Shown here: positions 1 to 9,643 of the stretch, one piece after another | Position numbering within the stretch: position 1 is the stretch's first letter | Layout of the letters: each line of letters starts with the position of its first letter | Source of the DNA: Vulcanimicrobiota bacterium | Lineage (GTDB): Bacteria > Vulcanimicrobiota > Vulcanimicrobiia > Vulcanimicrobiales > Vulcanimicrobiaceae | Direction of reading: 5' to 3' | Assembly (NCBI GenBank): GCA_963786105.1 | Contig: CAWAXX010000018.1 | Location: 160,001 to 224,000, forward strand | DNA: 64,000 nucleotides | Translations under genes and position numbers: made by a program | The notes under the pieces: model-generated | Database searches by the model: none | Seen by the model: only the letters and a program-made list of their open reading frames with translations | What the model was told of the DNA's origin: nothing

Positions 1-519
1 CTCGTGCTGCTTTGGTCGGGCAAGAACCTTTTCATGGGCCTGGCTTTTGCCCTCGATCGTGCGCTCGGCGTTCCAAAGGGCCGTCCGCTCGTGCACAACG
101 TCGCACTCTCAATCGTCATGCTGCCCGCGATCGGCATCCTGCTGATCGTTGCCATCGCGCTGCCCGTCCTGTTTTCGATCACCGCCCGAGCAACCGGGTT
201 CGCCGACCCGGTCCGCTTGACGCATTTCCTGGCATACTTGGTTTCGATCGCGTTGGTTTTCATCGTGACGGTCGTGCTCTATCGCTGGCTACCGAACCGC
301 AGCGTCTCCTGGGGCTTTGCCTTGCGGGGAGCCGGTATCGTCGCGGTGGCCTGGCCGGTTGTTCAATACGCGTTCGCACAGTATATTACGCACGTCGACT
401 TTACTCACGTGTACGGCGCGCTCTCCGCCCCACTCGTACTGCTGCTCTGGTTCTATTTCATCGGATCGATTTTTCTCTACGGCGCCGAATACGGCGCCGC
501 GTCCAGTTCGCGACCCTGA
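1..519 (+). CDS. YihY/virulence factor BrkB family membrane protein (5' partial)
   Basis: Multi-TM ORF with LYRWLP, YGALS...LLLWFY...IFLYGAE motifs typical of YihY. Confidence 0.85.
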   Translation, partial: LVLLWSGKNLFMGLAFALDRALGVPKGRPLVHNVALSIVMLPAIGILLIVAIALPVLFSITARATGFADPVRLTHFLAYLVSIALVFIVTVVLYRWLPNRSVSWGFALRGAGIVAVAWPVVQYAFAQYITHVDFTHVYGALSAPLVLLLWFYFIGSIFLYGAEYGAASSSRP

Positions 520-575
520 CCGGGTGCCGGTCGCCTCTACGCGAATATCTATGCGAATATCTAAAGGAGAACTCG

Positions 576-1619
576 TTGAAAAGATCGTTCGCGCGTCAGC
601 TCTTCGGTATGCTTGCGTTGGTCGGCTCCTCGCTCGTTCTGGTTGCCGCCGTCGCTCCCGCGCCGACGCCGGCGCCGACACCCGCTCCGAAGATCTCGCC
701 GACGCCGGTGGCTTCGCCCTCCAACCCGCAGGCGTCGGCATCGGTCGTGATCTATCCCTTCGACGTTCAAACCGGAGTGGATGCGAAAATCGGTGCGGCG
801 ATCGCCGAGATCTTGGCTCAAGAGATGGCCGCTGCCGGCGGTCTGAACGTCATGCCCGTTGCCGTCGGGGTAAAGCGTGCCGACTTCCTCGACGCCGCGC
901 GGGCCAGGCACGCGGATTTCTACATCAGCGGGTACGTGACGCCGGTTGGGGATGCGGCCGCCGTCGTCGAGCAAGTGGTCAGCGTCGAAAGCGGCGTGAT
1001 CCTCTTTTCGCAAACGGCACAGGTTCAAAGCGTGGCCGACGTTGCCTCGCAATCGCTGCAAGCGCGGGCGCAAATTCTGGCATTCGTCGGACGCGGCACG
1101 CAGAATATTGCCGAACAGACCGGCGGTACGCCGGCTCCGACTTCCACCAACGGCGCGCAGATGCAGATCCGCGGAATCAGCGGCATCGTCGACTCGGTCT
1201 TTCATCGCAGGGGCGCGCCCACGCCCACGCCTTCTCCGGTCGTTAAACCCGATCGCGGCGTCATCGTCGCCCCGGTAACGGCCTCCGGAGCGCTAGCGGC
1301 GGCTGACCTCACCAACGCGACCAACGAGCTCTTCTTCTCGATGCAACGACACTACACCGTGCAAATGACCGCCGCCACCGGCGATGTCGCGCAGATCGCC
1401 AACTCGATTTGCGGCCCCAACCGCAACAATACGATCGCTACCGGGACGCTCTCCGAAACGGTGCCGCACCACGGCCGGCCCGAGGTCGTGTTTACGCTGT
1501 CGGTGTATACGTGCTTCGGCGCGCTGCTCGATCGCGCGCCCGGAAAAGCCGATACCTTCAAACACGCGGTCGACGCTGCGGTCGCCGCGTACAGCGCGGC
1601 GCACCCCAATAACAGTTAA
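576..1619 (+). CDS. Secreted hypothetical protein with Pro/Thr linkers and two TolB-N/CsgG-like alpha/beta domains
   Basis: AAGGAG at 564-569 then in-frame TTG at 576; signal peptide, PTPA repeats; domain call by eye. Confidence 0.6.
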   Translation: MKRSFARQLFGMLALVGSSLVLVAAVAPAPTPAPTPAPKISPTPVASPSNPQASASVVIYPFDVQTGVDAKIGAAIAEILAQEMAAAGGLNVMPVAVGVKRADFLDAARARHADFYISGYVTPVGDAAAVVEQVVSVESGVILFSQTAQVQSVADVASQSLQARAQILAFVGRGTQNIAEQTGGTPAPTSTNGAQMQIRGISGIVDSVFHRRGAPTPTPSPVVKPDRGVIVAPVTASGALAAADLTNATNELFFSMQRHYTVQMTAATGDVAQIANSICGPNRNNTIATGTLSETVPHHGRPEVVFTLSVYTCFGALLDRAPGKADTFKHAVDAAVAAYSAAHPNNS

Positions 1620-2134
1620 GCCCGAGCGTCATCAAACAACCCGGCCGGCGGATCGATGACGATACGCCGCTGGGCGACGTCGATTTCGCGCACGTAAGCA
1701 CGCACCATCGGCACCATCGTTCCGGCGACCACCAACATGTCGCTAGACGGGTAATGCTCGACCGCATCGACGGCGCCGTAGTCGGTTCCATCGACGCCGA
1801 AGACCCGGCAGCCCGCCAGATCGGCATCGAGATACTCGTCAGCGGCGACGTCCAGGGTTTCACGCGGCGCGTACAGCACGGCGCCCGCGTAGGCTTTTGC
1901 AGCGTCCACGGTATCGACGCCGTCCGCCGTTACCAGCAACCGCCCCTTGTGCGGACGAACGCCGGTCACGTGCAGACGCGACCATGCGCCGTGACGCTCG
2001 CATCGCAGCTCCGCACCCGGCGAGAAAACGGTGCGACCCGCCGTCGTCGGGTCGCACTTCATCTCTCCGCGGATTCCGAACGCTCCGGAGATCCGCCCTA
2101 CCGCGATGTCACTCGGCGCCGGCGGGTTCCTCAC
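1616..2134 (-). CDS. rimM: Ribosome maturation factor RimM
   Basis: IAVGRISGAFGIRGE N-terminal motif, PRC-barrel C-terminus, position after rpsP-khpA; GTG start is approximate. Confidence 0.9.
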   Translation of the reverse strand: MRNPPAPSDIAVGRISGAFGIRGEMKCDPTTAGRTVFSPGAELRCERHGAWSRLHVTGVRPHKGRLLVTADGVDTVDAAKAYAGAVLYAPRETLDVAADEYLDADLAGCRVFGVDGTDYGAVDAVEHYPSSDMLVVAGTMVPMVRAYVREIDVAQRRIVIDPPAGLFDDARA

Positions 2135-2621
2135 CGTCAAGGCTTTCGGCAGCTTCGTCGCTATCAAGAATATCGACCGAAACCCGGCCTTCGGCCGTCG
2201 CGCGGACCAGAGTTCGAAGCGCGTGCGCGACACGCCCGCTTCGGCCGATCACCTTTCCGAGATCGTCGGGGGCGACGACCAGTTCGATGACCGGTTGTGC
2301 GTGTTCGTCCATAAAGAGTTCGACCGCGACTCGATCCGAGCTGCTCGTGAGTTTTCGCGCCATGAAATCGAGCAAGGCGGTCGCGCGACGGTGCCCGGCC
2401 CAGGGATCGCTGGGAGATTCGCTCTGGCGCCGCTTTCGATCGTAGACACGTTTGGGGGGCCGTTCGCCACGAGGCTGGCGCGGCGGCTGTTCGTCTTCGG
2501 GCTCGATTTCGTCGATGACGGTTTCGCTTGCCGTAATCTTGCGTGCGCCGAGCGTCGGCCGGCGTTCGAGCTCGTCGGACCCTTCTCCGAAGAGGCCGAA
2601 CTCGTCGTCGAACGCGCTCAT
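2109..2621 (-). CDS. khpA: KH-domain RNA-binding protein (KhpA/YlqC) with N-terminal extension
   Basis: DLGKVIGRSGRVAHALR KH motif; between rpsP and rimM. Confidence 0.85.
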   Translation of the reverse strand: MSAFDDEFGLFGEGSDELERRPTLGARKITASETVIDEIEPEDEQPPRQPRGERPPKRVYDRKRRQSESPSDPWAGHRRATALLDFMARKLTSSSDRVAVELFMDEHAQPVIELVVAPDDLGKVIGRSGRVAHALRTLVRATAEGRVSVDILDSDEAAESLDGEEPAGAE

Positions 2622-2918
2622 CTAGCTACCGCCTTCCGCGCTCTTGGGTTTGCGCTTCGTCTCGGGAATCGGACCGCGCTCCATGATGCCCTTCTCGGCG
2701 AAAAGCCGGCGGACGGTCGTCGACGGCTGAGCACCCTTGGCTAGCCACTCCTTGGCTTTGGCCTCGTCGACTTCGACGGTGCGAGGCTCGGTTCGCGGAT
2801 TATAGTGGCCCAGAATCTCGATGAAGCGGCCGTCGCGCGGTGCGCGCGCGTCGGCCACGACGAAACGGTACGTCGGCTGTTTTTTTGCGCCCATGCGGCG
2901 CAGTCTAATTTTTACCAT
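2622..2918 (-). CDS. rpsP: 30S ribosomal protein S16
   Basis: [18 protein letters not shown]...PRDGRFIE. Confidence 0.98.
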   Translation of the reverse strand: MVKIRLRRMGAKKQPTYRFVVADARAPRDGRFIEILGHYNPRTEPRTVEVDEAKAKEWLAKGAQPSTTVRRLFAEKGIMERGPIPETKRKPKSAEGGS

Positions 2919-2941
2919 GCTTTGCTTTCATTGTGAGGTGG

Positions 2942-4273
2942 TTAACGCAGCATCCCGGCGGGCAGCTGCGGCAATCGTCGCTTTTTGCCGCCGCCGATTT
3001 GCTTCATCATCTGACGCGACTGCTCGAACTGCTTGACGAGACGGTTCACGTCGGAAACTTGGGTACCGGAACCCAGCGCGATCCGCTTGCGGCGCGAACC
3101 GTTCAGGAGCTCGGGACTGCGACGCTCGCGACGCGTCATCGAGCAAATGATCGCTTCGATCTTCGCGAGATCTTTCTCGGGTATTTCGAAATTCTTGGGC
3201 AGCCGGCTCGAGAGGCCGGGCACCATCTTCAAAAGATCCGTCATCGAGCCAAGCTTACGCATTTGACGCATCTGGTCGAGAAAATCGTCGAGCGTGAAGC
3301 TTTGTTTGACGAATTTCTCTTCGAGCGCCTTTGCCTGCTCTTGCGAGTACAGGTTTTGCGTCTTCTCGATGAGGGTGAGCACGTCACCCATCCCCAGAAT
3401 GCGCGATGCGAGCCGGTCCGGATAGAAGGGTTCGAGCGCCGACAGTTTCTCGCCGACGCCGACAAACTTGATCGGCGCACCCGTCTCCGAATGAATCGAG
3501 AGGGCGGCCCCGCCGCGGGTGTCGCCGTCCATCTTCGTTAGAATGACGCCGGTGATGCCGAGCCGCTCGTGAAAACCTCTTGCCACATGGGTGGCTTCCT
3601 GACCCGTCATAGCATCGGCGACGAGTAAAATTTCCTTCGGTTCGACGGTTGCCTTGATGCGCTCGAGCTCGTCCATCAGCGCTGCGTCGATCTGCAAACG
3701 CCCCGCCGTATCCACGACGACCGTCGAGAGGCCCAAGCGGCGCGCCTCCGCAACGCCATCGCGCACGATCTTCACCGGGTCGCCGGCTCCTCGTTCGAAC
3801 ACCGGAAGGTCGATTTGCCTGCCCAGCGTTTGTAGCTGTTCGATGGCCGCTGGACGGTACACGTCGGCGGCAATCAACAGGCTGCGCCGGCCTTGTTCCT
3901 TCAATCGCAGCGCGAGTTTTCCGACCTGAGTGGTCTTACCCGAGCCTTGCAGTCCAACCATCATGATCACCGATGGCGGCGCGTCCGCGAATTGCAAGCG
4001 GGCCTGAGCGCCGCCGAGCAGCGCGACGAGCTCGTCGTAGACGATCTTGACGATCGTCTGCGCGGGCGATAGCGACTCTAGGACGTTCGCGCCGATGGCT
4101 CGTTCCTTGACGCGGCCGACGAACGCCTTGGCCGCAGCCAAAGAGACGTCTGCCTCGAGCAGCGCAACGCGAACTTCGCGCAAGGCCTCGTTAACGTCGC
4201 CTTCGCTGAGCTTGCCCCGCCCGCCCAGCCGTTTGAAAACCGCGCCTAAGCGCTCACTCAGTTGATCGAACAA
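2942..4273 (-). CDS. ffh: Signal recognition particle protein Ffh
   Basis: GLQGSGKTT, DTAGR, TKMDG GTPase motifs and M domain. Confidence 0.98.
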   Translation of the reverse strand: MFDQLSERLGAVFKRLGGRGKLSEGDVNEALREVRVALLEADVSLAAAKAFVGRVKERAIGANVLESLSPAQTIVKIVYDELVALLGGAQARLQFADAPPSVIMMVGLQGSGKTTQVGKLALRLKEQGRRSLLIAADVYRPAAIEQLQTLGRQIDLPVFERGAGDPVKIVRDGVAEARRLGLSTVVVDTAGRLQIDAALMDELERIKATVEPKEILLVADAMTGQEATHVARGFHERLGITGVILTKMDGDTRGGAALSIHSETGAPIKFVGVGEKLSALEPFYPDRLASRILGMGDVLTLIEKTQNLYSQEQAKALEEKFVKQSFTLDDFLDQMRQMRKLGSMTDLLKMVPGLSSRLPKNFEIPEKDLAKIEAIICSMTRRERRSPELLNGSRRKRIALGSGTQVSDVNRLVKQFEQSRQMMKQIGGGKKRRLPQLPAGMLR

Positions 4274-4287
4274 TTACGCCAGGATGC

Positions 4288-4536
4288 CTATGCCGAAGAA
4301 CTTGCCGTGGCCTCGTCGACGCGCTTTACCGCGTCGCCGACGGTCTTGATTTTTTCGGCTTCCTCGTCGGGAATGTCGATGTTGAACTCGGTCTCGAACG
4401 CCATCACCAGCTCGACCTGGTCGAGCGAATCGGCACCGAGATCGTCGGTGATGGACGCTTCGGGCGTCACTTCCGACTCGTCGACTCCGAGTTGCTCGAC
4501 GATGATCTTCTTCACTTTATCGAAGGTGGTGGACAT
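4288..4536 (-). CDS. acpP: Acyl carrier protein
   Basis: DLGADSLD motif; AAGGAG SD. Confidence 0.97.
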   Translation of the reverse strand: MSTTFDKVKKIIVEQLGVDESEVTPEASITDDLGADSLDQVELVMAFETEFNIDIPDEEAEKIKTVGDAVKRVDEATASSSA

Positions 4537-4588
4537 TACGTCTCCTTATTGACGACGGTACTAAGACGGTACTTAAACGAGGTGCGAC

Positions 4589-5335
4589 TCACATTACCAT
4601 GCCGCCGTCGATGACGAGGGTCTGACCGGTAATGTACCCGGCGGCGTCGGAACAGAGGAAGGCGACCGCCCCGCTCACGTCCTCCGGCGTCCCCGGGCGG
4701 CCGAGAGCCGCTTGCTTAATTAAGTACTCCCGGGCGGCGTCGGGCATTTTCTGGGTCATAGCGGTTTCGATGAGGCCCGGAGCGACGGCGTTGACTCTTA
4801 TATTCCTCGAACCCAACTCCTTCGCAACCGACTTGCATAGGCCGAGAAGTCCGGCCTTCGACGCCGCATAGGCCGCCTGCCCCGCGTTGCCGGTTAAGCC
4901 CACGATGCTGCTGACCAGGACGATCGCGCCCGAGCGCTGCTTCATCATCGGCTTCGCCACCGCGGCACACAGATAGAACGCCGATTTCAAATTGACGTCG
5001 AGCAGACGGTCGACCGTCTCGGCTTTCAGCCGCAACAGCAGCGAATCCGTCGATTGCCCGGCGTTGGCCACCGCGCAATCCAGTCGTCCGAATCGCGAAG
5101 CCGTTTCCGCCACGGCTTCGTCCACCGAGGCTTGATTGGTAACGTCGCACGCAAAGATGTGCGCCACCGCGCCCGGTCGCGACGCCGCGCACAAACTCGC
5201 CGTCGCTTCCAACGCGGCTACGTCCCGCCCCAGCAACGCGACGTCGGCGCCCCTCTTTGCAAACTCCACGGCGATCGCGCGGCCGATGCCGCGGCTCGCC
5301 CCAGTTATCAGCGCGCTCTTTCCGTCGAATCTCAT
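4589..5335 (-). CDS. fabG: 3-oxoacyl-ACP reductase
   Basis: TGASRGIG, YAASK SDR motifs; fab cluster. Confidence 0.95.
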   Translation of the reverse strand: MRFDGKSALITGASRGIGRAIAVEFAKRGADVALLGRDVAALEATASLCAASRPGAVAHIFACDVTNQASVDEAVAETASRFGRLDCAVANAGQSTDSLLLRLKAETVDRLLDVNLKSAFYLCAAVAKPMMKQRSGAIVLVSSIVGLTGNAGQAAYAASKAGLLGLCKSVAKELGSRNIRVNAVAPGLIETAMTQKMPDAAREYLIKQAALGRPGTPEDVSGAVAFLCSDAAGYITGQTLVIDGGMVM

Positions 5336-6309
5336 CTTGCGTCATCCTGGGCGGAGACACCGAGCGCCATGGTCGCAGGACGAAGCATCTCCTGAAGCCG
5401 CCGCACGCCGCTATAGTCGCTCACGACAATCACCTGAGGCGCGTTCGGCATGCGTTTCATTAACGGCCCGAGGACGCCGCCAGCGCCGAACTCCACCACC
5501 ACGTCGAGATCGTACGAGAGCATTCGCTCGGCGGCATCGTGCCATCGAACTTCGTGAACGATCGACCGCACGAGATTGTGCCGAATCCCGGACACGTCGC
5601 GATATGGTTGGGCGTCGACGTTAGAGACGACGTCGAACGCCGGCAGGACAAAGTGCGCGCTCTCGACGGCCGCGGCAAAACGCTCGACCGCGGGTTGCAT
5701 GAGCTCGCTGTGCCACGCGCCTGAAACGTTGAGCGGCACCACGCGCTTGGCACCGCGGGCGAGCATCGCTTCCCCCGCGGCCCGTACCGCCTCCACATCG
5801 CCGCTTACGACGATTTGCGTCGGCGAGTTGAAGTTCGCCAGCTGCACGCGCTGCCCGGTCGCCGCCCGCGTCTGGTCGACGATCTCGCGAACGGCGCCGG
5901 CTTCCAAACCAAGGACCGCCGACATTCCGCCGCCGGCGTGCTCCGCCGCGACCTGCATGGCTTTACCCCGTTCGTCCACAACGCGCAACGCTTCGTCGAA
6001 ATCGAGCGAGCCGGCAATCACCAAACTGCAAAACTCGCCAAACGAATGCCCCGCGCTGACGACCGGCGCGAGCGTTTCGCCCACGGCTTGGTAGAGCGCG
6101 AGATTGGTGGTGAAAATAGCCGGCTGGCTAAACTGCGTCTCCCGCAGCCTTTCCTCCGGCCCATCGACTTGCAGCGCCAGCAAATCGTACCCGAGGATGG
6201 CGCTCGCCCGAGCGAACAGCGCGCGTGCTCGCGGCGAGCGCGCTGCGACGTCGCCGCCCATGCCGACCGTCTGCGAGCCCTGACCCGGGAACATCGCGCC
6301 GACGCGCAT
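5332..6309 (-). CDS. fabD: Malonyl-CoA:ACP transacylase
   Basis: FPGQGSQ and GHSFGE motifs. Confidence 0.95.
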   Translation of the reverse strand: MRVGAMFPGQGSQTVGMGGDVAARSPRARALFARASAILGYDLLALQVDGPEERLRETQFSQPAIFTTNLALYQAVGETLAPVVSAGHSFGEFCSLVIAGSLDFDEALRVVDERGKAMQVAAEHAGGGMSAVLGLEAGAVREIVDQTRAATGQRVQLANFNSPTQIVVSGDVEAVRAAGEAMLARGAKRVVPLNVSGAWHSELMQPAVERFAAAVESAHFVLPAFDVVSNVDAQPYRDVSGIRHNLVRSIVHEVRWHDAAERMLSYDLDVVVEFGAGGVLGPLMKRMPNAPQVIVVSDYSGVRRLQEMLRPATMALGVSAQDDAR

Positions 6310-7298
6310 CAGGCAGCCCACCGCCAGGTCACGGCGCCCCACGAAAGGCCACCGCCGAAAGCGACGAAGACGATGACGTTGCCGGGCTGGATCCTTCCGG
6401 CTTGCACGGTTTCGGACAGGGCGATCGGAATCGAGGCGGCCGACGTGTTGCCGTATTCGTGAATGTTCGTAACGACTTTGTCGCTCGGCATTTCGAGATA
6501 GTGCGCGGCCGCGTCGATGATTCGCTTGTTGGCTTGGTGCGGAATGAGAAACGTCACGTCGCTCTTTCCGAGATGCGCCTTGGCCAACGCTTTGTCGGTG
6601 GCTGAGATCATTTTCGTAACCGCCGACTTGAAGACTTCTCGCCCCTGCATGTGGATGAGATTGAGCTTTTCGTCCAGAGCGGCGTGATCGATCGGACGCC
6701 GCGACCCGCTCGAACGAACGTAGAGCATCTCCGGCCGGCTCGCATCCGAGCCCAGTTCGGACGACAGAAACGAGTTTTCCTCGGAAGTCTCTAAAATTAC
6801 CGCACCAGCCCCGTCGCCGAAAAGGATCGCCGTCGATCGGTCGTCTTTGTTGAGAATTTTCGATAACGTTTCCGCGCCGATCAGCATCACGCGGGCGTAC
6901 ACTCCCGACCGTACCAGTGCCGAGGCGGCGGTCAATCCGTAGATGAATCCGCTGCAGGCGATCGAGATGTCGAAGGCGGGCTTGTCTTTAGCACCCAGCC
7001 GCGCGGCGACCAAACAGGCCGTTGCGGGGAAATAGTAGTCCGGCGTCACCGTGCAAACGATGAAACAATCGATATCGCTGGCACGAAGGTTTGCATACCG
7101 GAGCGCCGCGATGGCGGCTGCCAGCGCCAAGTCGCTGGTCGCCTCGTCCGGGGAAGCCCAATGCCGGCGTTTCATTCCGGTCCGCGTGGTGATCCACTCG
7201 TCGGAGGTATCCAGCCACTGCTCGAGATCGACATTGGTCACGACGTGGGCCGGCGCGTGGTGTCCGACGCCGACGATTTTCACGCCGCGAAGCGACAT
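6309..7298 (-). CDS. fabH: Beta-ketoacyl-ACP synthase III
   Basis: ACSGF, HQAN, GNTSAAS motifs. Confidence 0.96.
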   Translation of the reverse strand: MSLRGVKIVGVGHHAPAHVVTNVDLEQWLDTSDEWITTRTGMKRRHWASPDEATSDLALAAAIAALRYANLRASDIDCFIVCTVTPDYYFPATACLVAARLGAKDKPAFDISIACSGFIYGLTAASALVRSGVYARVMLIGAETLSKILNKDDRSTAILFGDGAGAVILETSEENSFLSSELGSDASRPEMLYVRSSGSRRPIDHAALDEKLNLIHMQGREVFKSAVTKMISATDKALAKAHLGKSDVTFLIPHQANKRIIDAAAHYLEMPSDKVVTNIHEYGNTSAASIPIALSETVQAGRIQPGNVIVFVAFGGGLSWGAVTWRWAA

Positions 7299-7299
7299 C

Positions 7300-7506
7300 T
7301 CAGCCGCGTTCGTGACCGGCGTGCTCGTCCCGAATCTCGATCGCCTGGCGCCCCGCGTACGTCCCGCACGTTTCGCACGCGAAATGCGGACGCTTCGGTT
7401 GGTGGCACTGCGGGCATTCCACGGTGGTCACCGCACCCAGTTTCCAGTTCGCCGCACGACGGCTGCGCGTTTTACTGCGCGGAGTCTTCCATTTTAAGTT
7501 TGCCAC
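7300..7506 (-). CDS. rpmF: 50S ribosomal protein L32
   Basis: Basic N-terminus, CPQC...CETCG zinc ribbon; follows DUF177. Confidence 0.93.
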   Translation of the reverse strand: MANLKWKTPRSKTRSRRAANWKLGAVTTVECPQCHQPKRPHFACETCGTYAGRQAIEIRDEHAGHERG

Positions 7507-7972
7507 GTGTGTCTCCGTTGTCGCACGAGCACGCGCTCGTGTTTTGGTTCGCCCCGCATTTGCCGCAGAGTCCCTTGCAGTCGTCGCTGCATCGCAAACC
7601 CATCGGCAAGACGCTGAGCACTACTTGCTGCGCGAGATCGGCCACGTCCAGGCGGGTACCCGTCAAAACGTTGCTTTCGCCGAACGGATCGTCGTCGCGC
7701 CCGACCGCCGGATCCAGCCGCTCGTCGACATCGGCGCGAATGTCGTGCTCGACGTGTTTCAAGCACGAATCGCACTCGCCTGATGCCTTGACCTCGACGC
7801 TTCCGGCGATCGCGAGCATCCGGTCGGCGCACCGCATCTCCAGCCGGACGCGCGCCGGATCCGGAAAGGCGATACCCTCAAACGCTTCAATCGGCACCTC
7901 GTCGTCGACCAGCATAAGCTGGCGCCCGCCGGCAAGGAGCCCTCCGATATCGATTTTGTGCGAACGAGCCAT
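7472..7972 (-). CDS. yceD: DUF177/YceD family protein
   Basis: CDSCL and LRCSDDCKGLCGKCGAN motifs; upstream of rpmF. Confidence 0.9.
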   Translation of the reverse strand: MARSHKIDIGGLLAGGRQLMLVDDEVPIEAFEGIAFPDPARVRLEMRCADRMLAIAGSVEVKASGECDSCLKHVEHDIRADVDERLDPAVGRDDDPFGESNVLTGTRLDVADLAQQVVLSVLPMGLRCSDDCKGLCGKCGANQNTSACSCDNGDTRGKLKMEDSAQ

Positions 7973-8036
7973 GGTACTAATGCGACTGCAGTACGAGGGC
8001 CCCGCCACCCGGGCGGGGCCCCACTACAACCAGCAC

Positions 8037-8065
8037 ATTTTAGAACCCCCACCGTTCCTTGTCAA
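8037..8065 (-). promoter_or_regulatory. Sigma70-type promoter of the yceD-rpmF-fab operon
   Basis: TTGACA-N17-TAAAAT on minus strand, followed by a 10-bp GC hairpin (7997-8021) in the 5' UTR. Confidence 0.8.
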
Positions 8066-8067
8066 AC

Positions 8068-8225
8068 GCCGCTCTCGGGGCCAAAGCCCGGCAAAATTGC
8101 GAAAGAGCGGCCGGTGGACTCGGCTGCTCTTCCTGACGTAACGCTCCCGGCCTGGTTTAGCCGTGGCGTTCCTGGCTCCAACCCCACGTGGATGCCGGGG
8201 TTAGTCTCGCGCTGCGAGGCTTCAA
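8068..8225 (-). ncRNA. Candidate structured non-coding RNA or leader, family unknown
   Basis: Extended -10 TGGTAAGCT at 8230-8238; several stems (see findings); no convincing ORF. Confidence 0.4.
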
Positions 8226-8579
8226 GGCAAGCTTACCACGTCTAAGCGAAAGGCGCTCGCCTTAACGAACGCCCTTTGCACAACCCCAAGTGGGTCGAAA
8301 ATATCGACCTATTACTTTCTACGTAATCCGGGCATCGGAAGTGCCCAATCGGCCGATCTGAGCCACCCCAAGGGACCCAGCGAGCCCAGTGATCGCAAAT
8401 AGACGTGCGCTTGGGACCGCTAGGTAAATTGCTCGGTGCTTTCTTGAGCGGCGGGCGACGTTTTTCGTGCGGGGTCGCGCCATCTTGCCCTGTTGCACCG
8501 GAGTGCGCTCAGCCCCAGCAGACAACTCTCAACCGTAGCCTCTTGTATATACATCCCTTCGGGGGATGAGACCCGTGCT

Positions 8580-9281
8580 ATGAGTATCGATCCGATCGCC
8601 TCCCGGCTTGCCTCCCACGGGGTGGCCTACGCGCCGGAGATCGCCGGCGCCGCGCGCCGGCACGGCCTCGACGCCGATCTCCTCGCCGCGGTGGCCGCTC
8701 AAGAGACTGGCGGCCCAGACACCAATTCCGGCCGAAACGTCGTCGGCGACGGCGGACACGGCCGCGGACTCTTTCAGATCGACGACCGCTGGCACTCCTT
8801 CGCCAAGACTCCGGCAGCGATGGATCCGGCGGAAAATGCCGACTACGCAGCCGGAATGATCTCGAGGCTGCTTGCACGATACAAAGGAAACGTCCACCGC
8901 GCGCTGTCGGCCTACAATGCGGGCGACCCCGACGCGACGGGTACCCGAACGCAATGGAGCGACGGAAAACGGCTCGGCTATGCGGACTCAGTCATGCAGC
9001 ACTACTCACGACTGACCGGCAGTGCGCCCGGATTGGCGCAAATTGCCACCGCCGCGAGCGCGGGCATCCCTGAGGCGCTCGAAGCCGGTCCCGGCTCGAG
9101 CTTGCACGAATCGGCGGTGGCAGAGATGAGCTCACTGCTCTCAACGCTCGGGGCGCTCGAATCCCAAGCTCAAGGATTCCCATCGCTCCCCGCACCGACG
9201 CAGCCCTCGCAACCGCCCCAACCCTATCGCCCGCAGGTGACGGACTACGCCGGCTTGCTCGCCCCAGACGCCGATAACTAA
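8580..9281 (+). CDS. Lytic transglycosylase (SLT domain), no signal peptide
   Basis: AVAAQET, GRGLFQI, ALSAYNAG motifs. Confidence 0.88.
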   Translation: MSIDPIASRLASHGVAYAPEIAGAARRHGLDADLLAAVAAQETGGPDTNSGRNVVGDGGHGRGLFQIDDRWHSFAKTPAAMDPAENADYAAGMISRLLARYKGNVHRALSAYNAGDPDATGTRTQWSDGKRLGYADSVMQHYSRLTGSAPGLAQIATAASAGIPEALEAGPGSSLHESAVAEMSSLLSTLGALESQAQGFPSLPAPTQPSQPPQPYRPQVTDYAGLLAPDADN

Positions 9282-9313
9282 TCCGCCCACACCACTTTCA
9301 AGGAGAGACAACG

Positions 9314-9643
9314 ATGGCATTTTTGCTCCCAATCCTCGAAGGGGTTGGCTCCGGACTGCTCGGCAGCGCGGTCGGCGGCGCCCTCGGCGGCGGCATCGGT
9401 GGCGCCGAAAACGGTGCGATGAACGCCCTCAACGCTCAGGACGAAACGTTCCAGCTCGGCATCTATGCGTCCGAAGTGCAGAATCAAGAACAAATGCAGA
9501 TGCAGTCGGAGGTCTTCGATCAGATGATGAACGAGCGCAGCGAGAACATGCGCGAAATCGACACGTTGCGCAACGTCGACATGGCCCAGCGTAAGGCCGA
9601 CGACAGCATCACCAAGAAGTTCATCCAGTCGATCACCGAATGA
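9314..9643 (+). CDS. Small helical hypothetical protein with Gly-rich hydrophobic N-terminus
   Basis: AAGGAG SD; coding-like codon usage; stop overlaps next ATG (ATGA). Confidence 0.8.
   Translation: MAFLLPILEGVGSGLLGSAVGGALGGGIGGAENGAMNALNAQDETFQLGIYASEVQNQEQMQMQSEVFDQMMNERSENMREIDTLRNVDMAQRKADDSITKKFIQSITE

Noticed and set aside
7298..7300. plsX missing between rpmF and fabH (and trmD after rimM, whiA after yvcK)
   Set aside because: Relocation of these genes is common; absence cannot be judged from one window
8120..8160. SRP RNA (ffs) identity for the structured region, given nearby ffh
   Set aside because: CAGG...GGAAGAGCAGCC only loosely resembles the domain IV motif; spacing and the GNRA-capped stem do not fit
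9270..9277. Sigma28-type -10 (GCCGATAA) upstream of the small helical genes
   Set aside because: No TAAA -35 at the right spacing; the same 8-mer also occurs inside aroA, so chance is adequate
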